A stretch of 63,402 nt of DNA, filler included, from Coriobacteriales bacterium (GTDB lineage Bacteria; Actinomycetota; Coriobacteriia; Coriobacteriales; UBA8131): assembly GCA_031263105.1 (NCBI GenBank). It is 7 parts of 7 records of this genome, joined end to end, with 100 filler letters (N's around TTAATTAATTAA, not from the genome) between each part and the next. Parts side by side here need not be neighbours in the genome. Positions count along the whole stretch, not along the records: positions 35,842 to 45,675 come from JAISGJ010000045.1; positions 45,776 to 54,722 come from JAISGJ010000105.1; 5 more parts are not named here. One strand, written 5' to 3'. The translations under genes and the position numbers were made by a program. Shown here in pieces: positions 39,177 through 49,577 of this stretch; position 1 is the first letter of the stretch, and the number at the start of each line of letters is the position of its first letter. The notes beneath the pieces are model-generated. The model made no database searches. It was not told the origin of the DNA and saw nothing but the letters and a program-made list of their open reading frames with translations.

Positions 39177-40880
39177 TCAGCGGTAGCCTACGGCGAGGCC
39201 GACGACGAGGATGGCGCCTGTGAGAACGAGCAGGCCGAGGAGGAAGGGCCAGGTGCGACGGATCCACTGGCCGTAGCTCAGACCGCAGATGGAGAGCGCG
39301 ATGAGCAGGGCCGGGTTGGTGGGGTAGAAGACGTTCGTGAAGCCGTCGCCGAAGGCGTAGGCGACCACGGTGAGCTGGCGGGGAAGGTCGATGAGGTCGA
39401 CGAGCGGGGCAAGCAGCGGCATGAGCAGGAAGGCCTTGGCGGAGCCGGATGCCACGGCAAACTCCAACACGAGCACGAGCAGGTAGATGCCCAGTATGGC
39501 CACCCAGCCCGGCTTGTCCGCGAGGTAGCCGCCCGCATAGGAGATGATGGTGTCGAGCACCTTGCCCTCCGTGAGCATGAAGTTGATCGAGGAAGCCATG
39601 AGCACGAGAAGCGCACCCGGGGCGATGGCCTTCACGCCGAGGCCGAACCATGCTCCCAGCTGACGCGCACTACAGCCGCCGAGCGGCGGGGCGACAAGAC
39701 CGCACAGCAAAAAGGTCAGGGCCGTCACGGGAAAGACGAGATCCGAGAGGCCGGGGACGGGCACGACGCTGCACGCGACGATGGCGACGATGCCGGTGAC
39801 GAGGATGACGACGAAGGCCTTGAGGGCCTTGGCCATCCGGGGGTCGCCGTCCTCCTCGCCGAATCCGTAGGAGGCGAGGGCGGGACTGGGCGCGGGGGCG
39901 GATGCGGGGGCGGGCGCAGGCGGGGGGCCGGATGCGGGGGCGGGGGCGGGGGCGAACGCGAAAGCGGGCGCGGGGACGGGCCCGACCTTCTCCCCAGGCC
40001 CTTCGTCCTTCTCCCCCGCTCCTGCGGCCTGCGCCTTGGCCGCCTTGCGCTCGCAGCGCCTGGCGTTGAGCAGCAGGAAGGCCATGAGGTAGGCATAGAC
40101 GAGGACGAATGAGACGATGCGGATGCTCACGCCCGAGAAGATGGGCAGCCCCGCGATGGTCTGGGCAATGCCGACGGTGAAGGGGTTCATGATGCCCACG
40201 GCAAAGCCGCAGCCCACGGCGAGCAGGCTCATGCCGAGGCCCTGGAAGCGGTCCCAGCCGAGCCTGAGCGCGAGCGCGACCACGATGGCCGCAAGCGGGA
40301 TGGTCTCCTCGAAGGAGCCGATGAGGGAGCCGAGCAGCATGAACACGAACGGCAGCAGGAACAGCAGGGCGCGGCTGTTGTGCCCGAAGCGCCGTGCGAT
40401 GCGCGCGATGAGGTAGGTGAGCACGCCGCAGGACTCGAGCGCATAGAAGGCGCCTCCGATGACGAAGAGGAACGCGATCAGCATGACGAGCATGAAGCTG
40501 CTGGGGCCGCCGAGGATGAGCACGGGGGAGAGCGCCCAGCGCCACAGCGGCAGGTCGCCCTCGACCGCGTGATAGGAGCCGGGGACGATCCCCGTGACAC
40601 CGTCGGTCGTGACGCGGTCGAACTCGCCGGCGGGCAGCACCTGCGTGAGCACGTAGGCGGCGACCATGAGCGCAATGAGCACGACGAACGCCGTGAGGTA
40701 GGTGCGCACCGTGATGGCCGTGATACCGCCGATGCCCTGGAGCGGGACGGTGGCGCCCGCCTGGCTCGGGGCGCCTGCGCCCGCCTGGTCGGCGCCTGTG
40801 CCCGCCCGGCGTGAGGCACCTGCGCCCGCTTGGCCCGCGCCCGCACTCGTCCGGCGTGAGGTCTTTCTATCCTTTGGCAT
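39177..40880 (-). CDS. YfcC/DcuC-like transporter
   Basis: LPAGEFDR, FEETIP, MNPFTVGIAQTIAGLPIFSG, SGSAKA, AYAFGDGFTN. Confidence 0.88.
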   Translation of the reverse strand: MPKDRKTSRRTSAGAGQAGAGASRRAGTGADQAGAGAPSQAGATVPLQGIGGITAITVRTYLTAFVVLIALMVAAYVLTQVLPAGEFDRVTTDGVTGIVPGSYHAVEGDLPLWRWALSPVLILGGPSSFMLVMLIAFLFVIGGAFYALESCGVLTYLIARIARRFGHNSRALLFLLPFVFMLLGSLIGSFEETIPLAAIVVALALRLGWDRFQGLGMSLLAVGCGFAVGIMNPFTVGIAQTIAGLPIFSGVSIRIVSFVLVYAYLMAFLLLNARRCERKAAKAQAAGAGEKDEGPGEKVGPVPAPAFAFAPAPAPASGPPPAPAPASAPAPSPALASYGFGEEDGDPRMAKALKAFVVILVTGIVAIVACSVVPVPGLSDLVFPVTALTFLLCGLVAPPLGGCSARQLGAWFGLGVKAIAPGALLVLMASSINFMLTEGKVLDTIISYAGGYLADKPGWVAILGIYLLVLVLEFAVASGSAKAFLLMPLLAPLVDLIDLPRQLTVVAYAFGDGFTNVFYPTNPALLIALSICGLSYGQWIRRTWPFLLGLLVLTGAILVVGLAVGYR

Positions 40881-42240
40881 GAACCCTCCGATCAAATGAC
40901 AGGGTATCCAACAGGGTGCCCAGACGCGCGACCTCGGCGACCTGCTGGGACGTGAGCGGCGGCGGGCCGGCGAGGTCGCCGTCCGCGATGCGACACCGGA
41001 GTGCGCGAAAGTCGAGCAGGCGCAACTCGACACAGCTGCCCTCGGCATCGTGGCGGCGGTAGGAGTAGAGCGGCCTCGTCCGCGCGTCCGTGATGGCGAC
41101 GCTGCCGTCCGCCGTGCGCGCCAAGTCCACACGGACGACCGCCGTAAGGGCCGAGTTGCCTGCCTGCGGCATGTCGGAGACGAGGTCGCCCAAGGCGTAG
41201 ACGACAAGACCGGAGCGCATCCGGCCCGCAGGCGTCTCGTAGACGTGGCGCTCTGCGGGCTGTAAGCCATGGGGGTGGTTGCCGACGACGATGTCCACGC
41301 CCGCCTCGACGAGCCGATGGCCGAGCCCGATGACATGCCGCTGAGGGAAGCTCTCGTACTCGAGGCCCCAGTGCAGGCAAGCGACGACGGCATCGGCGCC
41401 GTGCCGCTCGCGGGCGCTGCGGACCTGCCGCTCAAGGGGGGCGATGTCGCAGCCGGGCACGTTGAGGCGCAGGTGGTTGACGAGGTGCTCCTGGCCCTCG
41501 GGCAGCTGCTCGCGGTTGAGCGAGAAGGACCAGGAGAGCCATGCCACACGGATGCCGTTGGCCTCGGTGACGAGGACGGCGTCACGCTCTGCGGGGGTCC
41601 GCGCCGTGCCCGTGTGCGCAGCGTGGCGACGGTCGAGGAAGTCGAGGGTGGCGAGCAGGCCGTCTGCGCCCTGGTCGAGGGAGTGGTTGTTCGCGGTGGA
41701 GAACACGTTGATGCCGCTGCCGTCGCGGTACAGCAGGTCGAACACCTCCTCGGAGTTGTTCATGCGCGGAGGCGAGGTGATGTTCTCGTCCGGCCAGCAT
41801 ACGGGCCGTGCTGCCACGACGGGCGACTCGAGGTTGGCATAGCGCAGGTCGGCCGCAAGGCAGTCGTCCTCGAGGTCGTCGAAGAGATGGGCGGCACTGG
41901 CCGCATTGATGTTGGGCGAGGGCAGGATGTCGCCGGCAAGGGCGATGGTGAGCCGGGAGGACTCGGTCTTGTCCCCCTGCTTTGCAGGGCCTGCCTGCTG
42001 CGCGAAGCCCGCCTGCTGTGCGAAGCCCTCCAGGCCATGAGAGGCAAAGTGCTCGCGGATGCCTGCGTCGGGCTGCGGCTCGGTGGCGGGCTGGCCGTAG
42101 AACTTGTAGGCCCACCACAGCGTCTCGCGCACGCCCATCGTGGCGGCATTGCCCTCCATGGGGCGCTTGCGCGACGCCCGGATGCGCCCGCCCGTGACAA
42201 AGCGCACAAAGGAGAACAGCGCCCTGATCAGATGATGCAT
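40867..42240 (-). CDS. CapA (PGA_cap) family metallophosphoesterase-fold protein
   Basis: AGD, ANLESP, ANNHSLDQG, LHWGLE, GNHPH, YALGD. Confidence 0.9.
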   Translation of the reverse strand: MHHLIRALFSFVRFVTGGRIRASRKRPMEGNAATMGVRETLWWAYKFYGQPATEPQPDAGIREHFASHGLEGFAQQAGFAQQAGPAKQGDKTESSRLTIALAGDILPSPNINAASAAHLFDDLEDDCLAADLRYANLESPVVAARPVCWPDENITSPPRMNNSEEVFDLLYRDGSGINVFSTANNHSLDQGADGLLATLDFLDRRHAAHTGTARTPAERDAVLVTEANGIRVAWLSWSFSLNREQLPEGQEHLVNHLRLNVPGCDIAPLERQVRSARERHGADAVVACLHWGLEYESFPQRHVIGLGHRLVEAGVDIVVGNHPHGLQPAERHVYETPAGRMRSGLVVYALGDLVSDMPQAGNSALTAVVRVDLARTADGSVAITDARTRPLYSYRRHDAEGSCVELRLLDFRALRCRIADGDLAGPPPLTSQQVAEVARLGTLLDTLSFDRRVHAKG

Positions 42241-42365
42241 GGTTGCTCCCAAGATGCAGTCGTGCGTTGCCCCGACATGCCCCGACATACCGAGCCACCA
42301 TTGTAACGCACCGCCTCCCAAGAACGCACCTGAGTGTCGGGGGGGGGGGGGGGGGGGCCGTGGGC

Positions 42366-42442
42366 GTTACACGTCACACCCCCCACTGTCATTCCGAGCT
42401 CCGCCGAGGAATCTTTGGGTCCGAGCGCTCGGAAAACGCATC
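42366..42442. repeat. Half family A element, preceded by a ~20-nt G run
   Basis: GTTACACGTCACACCCCCCACTGTCATTCCGAG. Confidence 0.8.
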
Positions 42443-42445
42443 GCG

Positions 42446-42865
42446 TCAGAGGGCGGACGTGCCGTCCTGCTCCTGCTGCGCCAGGAACTCCTCCAGTGCT
42501 TCGGGGGTCGCGTCGAGCGGGGTGACCTCGAAGCCGTAGGCGGCGGCTATCGCGTCGGCCTGGGACCTTCTCAGGTCGGCGCGTTGCGTCTGGCCCGCCT
42601 CGTCGAGGACGTCCGCCTCAAGGTAGATCGAGCGCAGCACGTAGCCGCCCAGGTCCTCGTCGAGGTCACCCAGCTGCAACATGGAGACCAAGGAGTCGGG
42701 GTCGAGCGAGAACAGCAGGCGCGGGTCGATGTTGACTGCGTCCCCTACCGCCTGCTCAAGGCCCTCGGCCTTCTGTGCAGGGGTCGTGTTCTGCTCGTTC
42801 AGCGCCTTTTGCAGGGCGGCGACGAACTGCAGGATCATGCGCATGAGGTAGTCGTTGTGGAACAT
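42446..42865 (-). CDS. Hypothetical protein in the ruv operon
   Basis: GGAGG RBS, MFHNDYLMRMI start, coding-like GC3. Confidence 0.8.
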   Translation of the reverse strand: MFHNDYLMRMILQFVAALQKALNEQNTTPAQKAEGLEQAVGDAVNIDPRLLFSLDPDSLVSMLQLGDLDEDLGGYVLRSIYLEADVLDEAGQTQRADLRRSQADAIAAAYGFEVTPLDATPEALEEFLAQQEQDGTSAL

Positions 42866-42927
42866 GGTGCCTCCTGGTCTGGTTCGGTTCGGCCCGCATC
42901 GGTCCGACCTGGTCCCGTCCGGTCCGG

Positions 42928-44028
42928 CTAGCCGAACAGGTCGAACGGGACGTTGCGATGCCGGAACGCGCGTTGCGTCGCTATCCTTCCCTTGGGCGTC
43001 CTTTGGATGAGCCCCTGCTGGAGCAGGTAGGGCTCGTAGACGTCCTCAAGGCTCTCTGCGTCCTCGCCGAGCGCGTTCGCCAACGTGGTGAGCCCTACCG
43101 GCTTGCCGTTGAACGTGTTGATGAGCATGTCGAGTATCTTGTTGTCCATCGTGTCCAGCCCAAGCTCGTCCACCTCGAAGAACGCAAGGGCCGCTCGGGC
43201 GACCTCGGAGGTGACCTCGCCCGCCGCCCGTACCGCCGCGAAGTCGCGCACGCGCTTGAGCAGCCGGTTCGCAAGGCGGGGCGTCCCCCTGCTGCGACGG
43301 GAGACCTCGCGCGCGCCTCCCTCGTCGATGTCCACGTCCAGGATGGCGGCCGAACGGACGACTATGTCGTGCAGCTCCTGCTCGTTGTAGTAGTCGAGCC
43401 GAAACGTGATGCCGAAGCGGTCGCGGAGCGGGCCGGTCAGAAGCCCCGTGCGCGTCGTCGCGCCGACGAGCGTGAAGCGGGGGATGTCGAGGCGCAGCGA
43501 CTGGGCCGCAGGCCCTTTGCCGATGACGATGTCGAGCACGAAGTCCTCCATCGCCGGGTACAGGACCTCCTCGATGCTGCGGTTGAGCCGATGTATCTCG
43601 TCGATGAACAGCACGTCGCCCTGCTCGAGGTTCGTCAGTATGGCGGCAAGGTCGCCCGCGCGCTCGATGGCAGGGCCGCTCGTCGCTCGCAGCGAGACCC
43701 CCAGCTCGTTGGCGACGACCGCAGAAAGCGTGGTCTTGCCGAGCCCGGGAGGGCCGGAGAACAGCAGGTGGTCGAGGGTGTCCCTACGCTGACGTGCCGC
43801 CTCGATGAGGACGGCGAGGTTCTCCTTGACCCGCGTCTGCCCGATGTAGTCCTCAAGCCTCTTCGGCCTGAGCGAGCGGTCTATCCCCAGGTCGTCCTCG
43901 GTGAGCTCAGGGGTCAGCGCACGCACGGCGCCCCTGTCGTTCGCGTCCGCAACGTCCGCAACGTCCACAGCACCCGCAGGGCCGTCCGCGCCCGCCGCCC
44001 GGAAGTCCTCCGCCTCCCACGTCGCCAT
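42928..44028 (-). CDS. ruvB: Holliday junction helicase RuvB
   Basis: [43 protein letters not shown]. Confidence 0.98.
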   Translation of the reverse strand: MATWEAEDFRAAGADGPAGAVDVADVADANDRGAVRALTPELTEDDLGIDRSLRPKRLEDYIGQTRVKENLAVLIEAARQRRDTLDHLLFSGPPGLGKTTLSAVVANELGVSLRATSGPAIERAGDLAAILTNLEQGDVLFIDEIHRLNRSIEEVLYPAMEDFVLDIVIGKGPAAQSLRLDIPRFTLVGATTRTGLLTGPLRDRFGITFRLDYYNEQELHDIVVRSAAILDVDIDEGGAREVSRRSRGTPRLANRLLKRVRDFAAVRAAGEVTSEVARAALAFFEVDELGLDTMDNKILDMLINTFNGKPVGLTTLANALGEDAESLEDVYEPYLLQQGLIQRTPKGRIATQRAFRHRNVPFDLFG

Positions 44029-44612
44029 CAGGAGGCTCCCAGCTTCTTGAGGCCGAAGCGCACGAGTGCGGCCACGTCCTTCTCGTCTCCCTCATAGCCC
44101 TTCAGTGCGAGGGACGCCTCTGCCGCCGTGAAGCCCATGCCGAGGAGCGCCTCGGCGGCCTGTGTCGCCGCCGCAGGAATCGCAGTACCGTCCGTCGCAG
44201 CCGGCCCACGCAGGTCGAGGGTGCCGCGAAGCTCAAGGATGATGCGTTGTGCGGTCTTCTTCCCGATGCCGGGGATGCTCGAGACGCGGGCGACGTCCTC
44301 GGCGGCGATCGCCTGCTGGAGCTCGTCTGCGCTGAACGTGGAGAGCGCCGAGAGGGCGACCTTCGGGCCGACCCCTGAGACGGTGACGAGCCGCTCGAAG
44401 ACCTGCTGCTCGCGCTCCGTCATAAAGCCGTAGAGCGTCACGCTGTCCTCGCGCACGGTCATCGTGGTAAGGACCGTCACCTCGCCGCCCCTCTCCCCCA
44501 AGGCCGCAAGGCTCTGCGTCGAGAGCAGCACCCGGTAGCCGATGCCGCCGACATCGATGACGGCACCGTGGGGGTCAAGGCCGAAGACACGCCCTCTGAG
44601 AAACGCAATCAT
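44028..44612 (-). CDS. ruvA: Holliday junction binding protein RuvA
   Basis: [40 protein letters not shown]. Confidence 0.97.
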   Translation of the reverse strand: MIAFLRGRVFGLDPHGAVIDVGGIGYRVLLSTQSLAALGERGGEVTVLTTMTVREDSVTLYGFMTEREQQVFERLVTVSGVGPKVALSALSTFSADELQQAIAAEDVARVSSIPGIGKKTAQRIILELRGTLDLRGPAATDGTAIPAAATQAAEALLGMGFTAAEASLALKGYEGDEKDVAALVRFGLKKLGAS

Positions 44613-44726
44613 TCCGTATGCCTCTCCTGTCTTCCAAGACGGCCGCCAGGTCGCCGGGGGTTGCCGGGCCGGGCGGCGGGGCACCGGGCCGGTCGGCCGG
44701 ACGGGGCGCCGTTGGGCCGAGCGGCG

Positions 44727-44805
44727 GGGCGTCGGGGACGCCGCCCCCTACGGCCGCTGCATACACGCCCTGGGCCGGGCGGGCGTCGGGGACGCCGCCC
44801 CCTAC
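44727..44805 (-). repeat. Two direct copies of a GTAG-type REP
   Basis: GTAGGGGGCGGCGTCCCCGACGCCC on the minus strand at 44727-44751 and 44781-44805. Confidence 0.75.
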
Positions 44806-44806
44806 T

Positions 44807-45307
44807 CTACACCAAGCGGCGCAGCCGCGCGTGGCAGAGCGCCACCGCGAGCGCATCGGCGGCGTGGTCGGGCGCGGGCTCGTGGTCGAGCCCCAGCAAG
44901 GCCTTGACCATGTACTGGACCTGCTGCTTGGCGGCGTGCCCCTCGCCGACCGTCACCTGCTTGATCTGCGTAGGGGAATACTCCCCCACCTCCAGGCCGT
45001 AGGCGGCGGCGGCCACGAGGGCGGCTCCGCGCGCCTGGCCGGTCGCCAGGGCGCTTTTGGTGTTCGCGCCGAAATAGACCACCTCGATGCCGAGCTCCGC
45101 AGGGCGGTAGCGCTCGATCGCCGCCGCGATGCCGTCGTGTATGTGCTTCAGGCGCACCGCGATGCCCTCGTGCGCCTCGGTCGTGACGCAGCCGTATGCC
45201 AGTGCCCTGAGCCGTGCGCCCCGCTGCTCGACGACGCCCCAGCCGGTGTTCGCAAGCCCTGGGTCGATGCCCAGTATGACGAGGGGGTTCCGGGCCGTCC
45301 CCTGCAT
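44807..45307 (-). CDS. ruvC: Holliday junction resolvase RuvC (start uncertain)
   Basis: ILGIDPG, IE, GQARG, YSPTQIK, G.G.A.KQQV, DHAADALAVALCH. Confidence 0.95.
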   Translation of the reverse strand: MQGTARNPLVILGIDPGLANTGWGVVEQRGARLRALAYGCVTTEAHEGIAVRLKHIHDGIAAAIERYRPAELGIEVVYFGANTKSALATGQARGAALVAAAAYGLEVGEYSPTQIKQVTVGEGHAAKQQVQYMVKALLGLDHEPAPDHAADALAVALCHARLRRLV

Positions 45308-45319
45308 GCGGGGCGTCCC

Positions 45320-45675
45320 GCAGTCGGCCGCTTGCGCGGCCGAGGATCCCTCGGCAGGCTCGGGATGACAGTGGGAGCTCGGGATGGCAGTGGAGGCTCG
45401 GGATGGCAGTGGAGGCTCGGGATGGCAGTGGAGGCTCGGGATGGCAGTGGAGGCTCGGGATGGCAGTGGAGGCTCGGGATGGCAGTGGGTGTGAACCAAC
45501 GAAGGCATGCGGCGCTTGGCGCACGGGACGGCTGTGATGTGTGAACCAACGAAGGCATGCGTTACAGTTCACGCCCCACGGATACCCCACTGTCATTCCG
45601 AGCCTGCCGAGAGATCTTCGACCGCGCCAGCGGTCGACCGCTGGTCGAAGGGCCCTGCGACCTGCCGTTGGACAC
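45320..45675. repeat. Cluster of family A parts with a 7x19-bp tandem array
   Basis: GCTCGGGATGGCAGTGGAG-type unit x7 (45358-45490); new left end GTTACAGTTCAC at 45561. Confidence 0.88.
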
Positions 45676-46042
45676 NNNNNNNNNNNNNNNNNNNNNNNNN
45701 NNNNNNNNNNNNNNNNNNNTTAATTAATTAANNNNNNNNNNNNNNNNNNNNNNNNNNNNNNNNNNNNNNNNNNNNGGGGGGGGGGGGGGGTGAGCAGTAA
45801 CCTGCCGTCACCGGAGCACCGGCATTGTTGCCGTCACCGGAGCACCGGCATTGGTGCCGCCGCTTGCGGCGTTGGCGTTGGCGACATGGTATCATTTGAG
45901 TAACAACTATTTCCCCGTTGCGTTGCCCGAAGAATATGCTACCATATAAGTAACATTTTCTTTCAGGTGCTTCGCTTGGGAGAAATTGTTGCTTTATAGT
46001 GAAGATATCGGGAATGTGGTACACGGACGAAGGAGAAGAAAG

Positions 46043-46633
46043 ATGCAAAAGACCTTGGAGAAGATGCCGACGACGAAGACGTTGGCGACAAAGGCACTGA
46101 GGGCGCTTGCCCTGTCGGCCATCCTGGTGATGGGGCTCGTCATGGGCATGGGCCTTATCGGCTGTGCCGCAAACAACGAGCAGGTCATCCGGGACGGGCT
46201 GACCGAAAGCCTCGACGAGTTCAAGGATCCCACCTCGGAGCCTTGGCAGGAGATGGTCGACGTGCAGGGCGGCCAGCTCGAGAGCGTGGGGATCGACCCC
46301 TCCGAGCTCGTCTCCACCTGGATCGACGGCTTCGACTACTCGATAGGTGCCGTCACGGTCACGGGCGACACCGCAACGGTCGAGCTCAGCATCACCTGCA
46401 AGCAGCTCAGCCCGGCGATCACTGCGGCGACGGACGCCCTCATGGCGGACGAGTCCATCGCGGAGCTCTCGAGCGACGAGGTCACGCAGAAGACCGGCGA
46501 GGCCATCATGGACGCGCTGAGGGCGGCCCAGCCGGAGACCACCGCCGTCACGATCGAGTGCGAGAAGGTCGGCAACCTGTGGACCGAGGGCGCGAGCGCC
46601 GAGAACGCCTACATGTCCGCCATCGTCGGCTAG
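46043..46633 (+). CDS. Putative lipoprotein
   Basis: AAGGAG RBS; hydrophobic stretch ending in lipobox LIGC. Confidence 0.8.
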   Translation: MQKTLEKMPTTKTLATKALRALALSAILVMGLVMGMGLIGCAANNEQVIRDGLTESLDEFKDPTSEPWQEMVDVQGGQLESVGIDPSELVSTWIDGFDYSIGAVTVTGDTATVELSITCKQLSPAITAATDALMADESIAELSSDEVTQKTGEAIMDALRAAQPETTAVTIECEKVGNLWTEGASAENAYMSAIVG

Positions 46634-46669
46634 CAGGGCATCTGGGAAAGACATCGGAGAAAGGGCACC

Positions 46670-48379
46670 GTGCGACTCTCGGGCGCGCAGGCCATTGTGC
46701 GCGGCCTTATAGAGCAGGGCGTGGATACCGTGTTCGGGTATCCTGGCGGCGCGGTGCTCCCCCTCTACGATGCGCTGTACGAGCACCGTGACACGATCGC
46801 CCATTACCTGACCGCGCACGAGCAGGGCGCTGCCCACGCTGCGGACGGCTATGCACGTGCGACCGGCAAGGCGGGCGTGGTGTTCGCGACAAGCGGCCCG
46901 GGATCGACGAACCTCGTCACGGGCATTGCGGCCGCCTTCATGGACAGCGTGCCCGTCATAGCGGTAACCGGCAACGTCGGCTCGACCTTCATCGGCAAAG
47001 ACAGCTTCCAAGAGGTCTACACCACCGGCATCACGCTGCCCATCACCAAGCACAACTTCTTCGTGCAGGACGCAGAAGAGCTGCCCGCCGTGTTGCGGGA
47101 GGCATTTGCCATCGCCATGGGCGGCCGCAAGGGCCCCGTGCTCATCGACGTCACGAAGGACGCCCAGGCGGCATTCTGTGAGTGGAAGACGGGCGAAGCG
47201 GGGGCGGGCGAAGCGGCAACGCAGACAGACGTGAGCGCAGACGACCTCGATGCCGTCCTTACGGCACTCGCAGCATCCACGCGCCCCCTCGTCCTGTTCG
47301 GCGGCGGCGTGATCTCTGCGGACGCCTCAGAGGAGCTGCGCGAGTTCCTCCATATGCTGCAGGTGCCTGCTGCCCACAGCATCATGGGCATAGGGGCCCT
47401 CGAACCTGACGATGCGCTCGACGTAGGGCTTGTCGGCATGCATGGCAGGCTCAGCGGCAACCGTGCGCTGGCCGAGGCCGACCTCGTCGTGGCCATGGGC
47501 TTCCGCTTCTCGGACCGTGTCGCGTTGGACAGGGAGCACTGGGCGTCGCAGGCCCATATCGTCCACATCGACATCGACCCCAGCGAGATCGACAAGAACA
47601 TCGGGGCCGACCGCGCTGTCATCGGCGACATACGCGCCGTGCTGCAGGCCCTGCTGGGCCGCATGCGCCTGTACGGGACGCCTTGTCCCGACACCGCCCC
47701 TTGGCGCACCCTGATCGCCTCGTGGCGCGCCAAGGACTACCGGCCCGCAGAGGACGGGACTGCCTTGAGGCCCCATCAGATAATCGGTGCCATCGCCGAG
47801 GTCGCAGGGCCGGACGCCATCCTCACCACCGACGTCGGCCAACACCAGATATGGGCGGCGCAATACTCGCGGCAAGGCCGTCCGCGCAGCTTTCTGACCA
47901 GCGGCGGGCTTGGTGCGATGGGCTTCGGCTACGGGGCTGCCATAGGGGCGCAGATAGGTGCAGGAGGCATCGGTGCAGACAAGGGCGCAGGCAGGAGGCC
48001 CGTCATCCATATCACGGGCGACGGCTCCTTCCACATGAACCTCAACGAGGCCTGCACGGCCGTGAGCTACCGCCTGCCCATCGTCTCGGTCATATTCAAC
48101 AACCGGGCGCTCGGCATGGTGCGCCAGTGGCAGCGCAGCTTCTACGACGCCCACTACTGCGCCACGACACTCGACCGCGCGACCGATTACGTGAAGGTCG
48201 CCGAGGGCTTCGGCGCCGAGGGGATACGGACGACGACGATCGCGGAGTTCAAGGCCGCCCTCGTCCATGCGCTCGCTGCCTGTGGCCCCGTTTGGATCGA
48301 GTGCGTCATCGACCGCGACGAGCAGGTGCTGCCGATGATCCCCGTCGGCAACGGGGTCGATGACGTGGTCCTGAACTGA
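46670..48379 (+). CDS. ilvB: Acetolactate synthase large subunit
   Basis: FGYPGGAVL, HEQGAAHAADGY, TSGPG, TDVGQHQ, SGGLGAMG, GDGS...NN. Confidence 0.96.
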   Translation: MRLSGAQAIVRGLIEQGVDTVFGYPGGAVLPLYDALYEHRDTIAHYLTAHEQGAAHAADGYARATGKAGVVFATSGPGSTNLVTGIAAAFMDSVPVIAVTGNVGSTFIGKDSFQEVYTTGITLPITKHNFFVQDAEELPAVLREAFAIAMGGRKGPVLIDVTKDAQAAFCEWKTGEAGAGEAATQTDVSADDLDAVLTALAASTRPLVLFGGGVISADASEELREFLHMLQVPAAHSIMGIGALEPDDALDVGLVGMHGRLSGNRALAEADLVVAMGFRFSDRVALDREHWASQAHIVHIDIDPSEIDKNIGADRAVIGDIRAVLQALLGRMRLYGTPCPDTAPWRTLIASWRAKDYRPAEDGTALRPHQIIGAIAEVAGPDAILTTDVGQHQIWAAQYSRQGRPRSFLTSGGLGAMGFGYGAAIGAQIGAGGIGADKGAGRRPVIHITGDGSFHMNLNEACTAVSYRLPIVSVIFNNRALGMVRQWQRSFYDAHYCATTLDRATDYVKVAEGFGAEGIRTTTIAEFKAALVHALAACGPVWIECVIDRDEQVLPMIPVGNGVDDVVLN

Positions 48380-48445
48380 CCGATGCGCACAGGCGCACGC
48401 TCGAGGAGCAGCATGGAACGTACGACCATAGACAGGGAGAACATC

Positions 48446-48901
48446 GTGTCACAACCGCTCGTCGGCATCATCATGGGCTCGAAGTCGGACCTCGAGGTCA
48501 TGCAGGCCGCGCTCGAGCAGCTTGAGGGCTTCGGCGTCCCCTTCGAGGTGCTCGTCGCAAGCGCCCATCGCAACCCCGCGCGCGTCCATGCATGGGCAGC
48601 GGGCGCGGCAGGCGCAGGGATGAGGGTGCTCATCGCCGCCGCCGGCAAGGCGGCGCATCTCGCCGGCGTGGTCGCGGCCCTCACGCCGCTGCCGGTCATC
48701 GCCGTGCCCATGAGGACAAGCGACCTCGGCGGCCTGGACTCCCTGCTCTCCATGGTGCAGATGCCCACCGGTGTGCCCGTAGCGACCGTTGCCATCAACG
48801 GGGCGAGGAATGCCGCCATCCTCGCGACCCAGATACTCGGCGTATCGGATGCAGGCTACCGCACGAAGATAGAAGCGTACAAGACGAGCCTGGCGGAGTA
48901 G
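48446..48901 (+). CDS. purE: N5-CAIR mutase PurE
   Basis: GIIMGSKSD, SAHRNP, AGKAAHLAG, GLDSLLSMVQMP.GVPVATV. Confidence 0.97.
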   Translation: MSQPLVGIIMGSKSDLEVMQAALEQLEGFGVPFEVLVASAHRNPARVHAWAAGAAGAGMRVLIAAAGKAAHLAGVVAALTPLPVIAVPMRTSDLGGLDSLLSMVQMPTGVPVATVAINGARNAAILATQILGVSDAGYRTKIEAYKTSLAE

Positions 48902-49058
48902 GGCGGCCTGGCGCTGACGGCTCGGCCCCCAGGCCGACCGGCAGACAAGGCCGGAAGCAGAAAGACTGCCGTGCAGGCACAGATTGCCCGGCAGGAGGCA
49001 CAGGGGCCCGACACAGACGGGCGGGCCCGAAGAACAACAGGTCAGGAGTGGATTGCCC

Positions 49059-49577
49059 ATGAGAGCTGTACCGACCCGCAAGCTGGACAAGCGGATCACC
49101 CGCGTCTGGAGACTCAGCGCGATACTCAATATCCTTATATGGTCGTTGGTGGCATCGGTGCCCCTCGTAATCGCCTTGGTGGCGCTTGAGGGCTCGGACC
49201 TCGATGTCGAGAACCTCACCTCGTCTCCCTTGGGCATCATCGCGCTCAGCCTGCTCGCGGCACTGTTCGTCCTGTTCATCGTTTTCGTGGTCATCGTTCC
49301 CAAGATCCGCTGGATCCAGTGGAGCTTCGAGGTGTATGACGAGGAGATCGACATCCACAAGGGGATATTCTGGCGCAAGCGCATCATCATCCCCCTCATC
49401 CGCGTTCAGAACGTCGACACGAAGCAAGGGCCCGTCATGCGCGCCAACGGCCTCGCCTCCTTTACGGTGGCGACCGCGGCAGGAGAGCATGAGATTCCGG
49501 GGCTCGATGTCGCCGAGGCCGATACCCTGCGCGACCATGTGGCCGTGCTCGCACGGATTGCACAGGAAGATGTCTAG
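49059..49577 (+). CDS. Bacterial PH-domain membrane protein (YdbS-like)
   Basis: Two TM segments; IP..RVQNVD.KQGP..R..GLA...V.TAAG. Confidence 0.88.
   Translation: MRAVPTRKLDKRITRVWRLSAILNILIWSLVASVPLVIALVALEGSDLDVENLTSSPLGIIALSLLAALFVLFIVFVVIVPKIRWIQWSFEVYDEEIDIHKGIFWRKRIIIPLIRVQNVDTKQGPVMRANGLASFTVATAAGEHEIPGLDVAEADTLRDHVAVLARIAQEDV

Noticed and set aside
39177..41585. 802-aa ORF suggesting a long fusion transporter
   Set aside because: The first ~235 codons are an alternative frame of the CapA gene; an RBS and ATG at 40880 give a normal YfcC. The extensions of 33183-34937, 49186-51597 and 29249-30463 are likewise out-of-frame or repeat-derived sequence.
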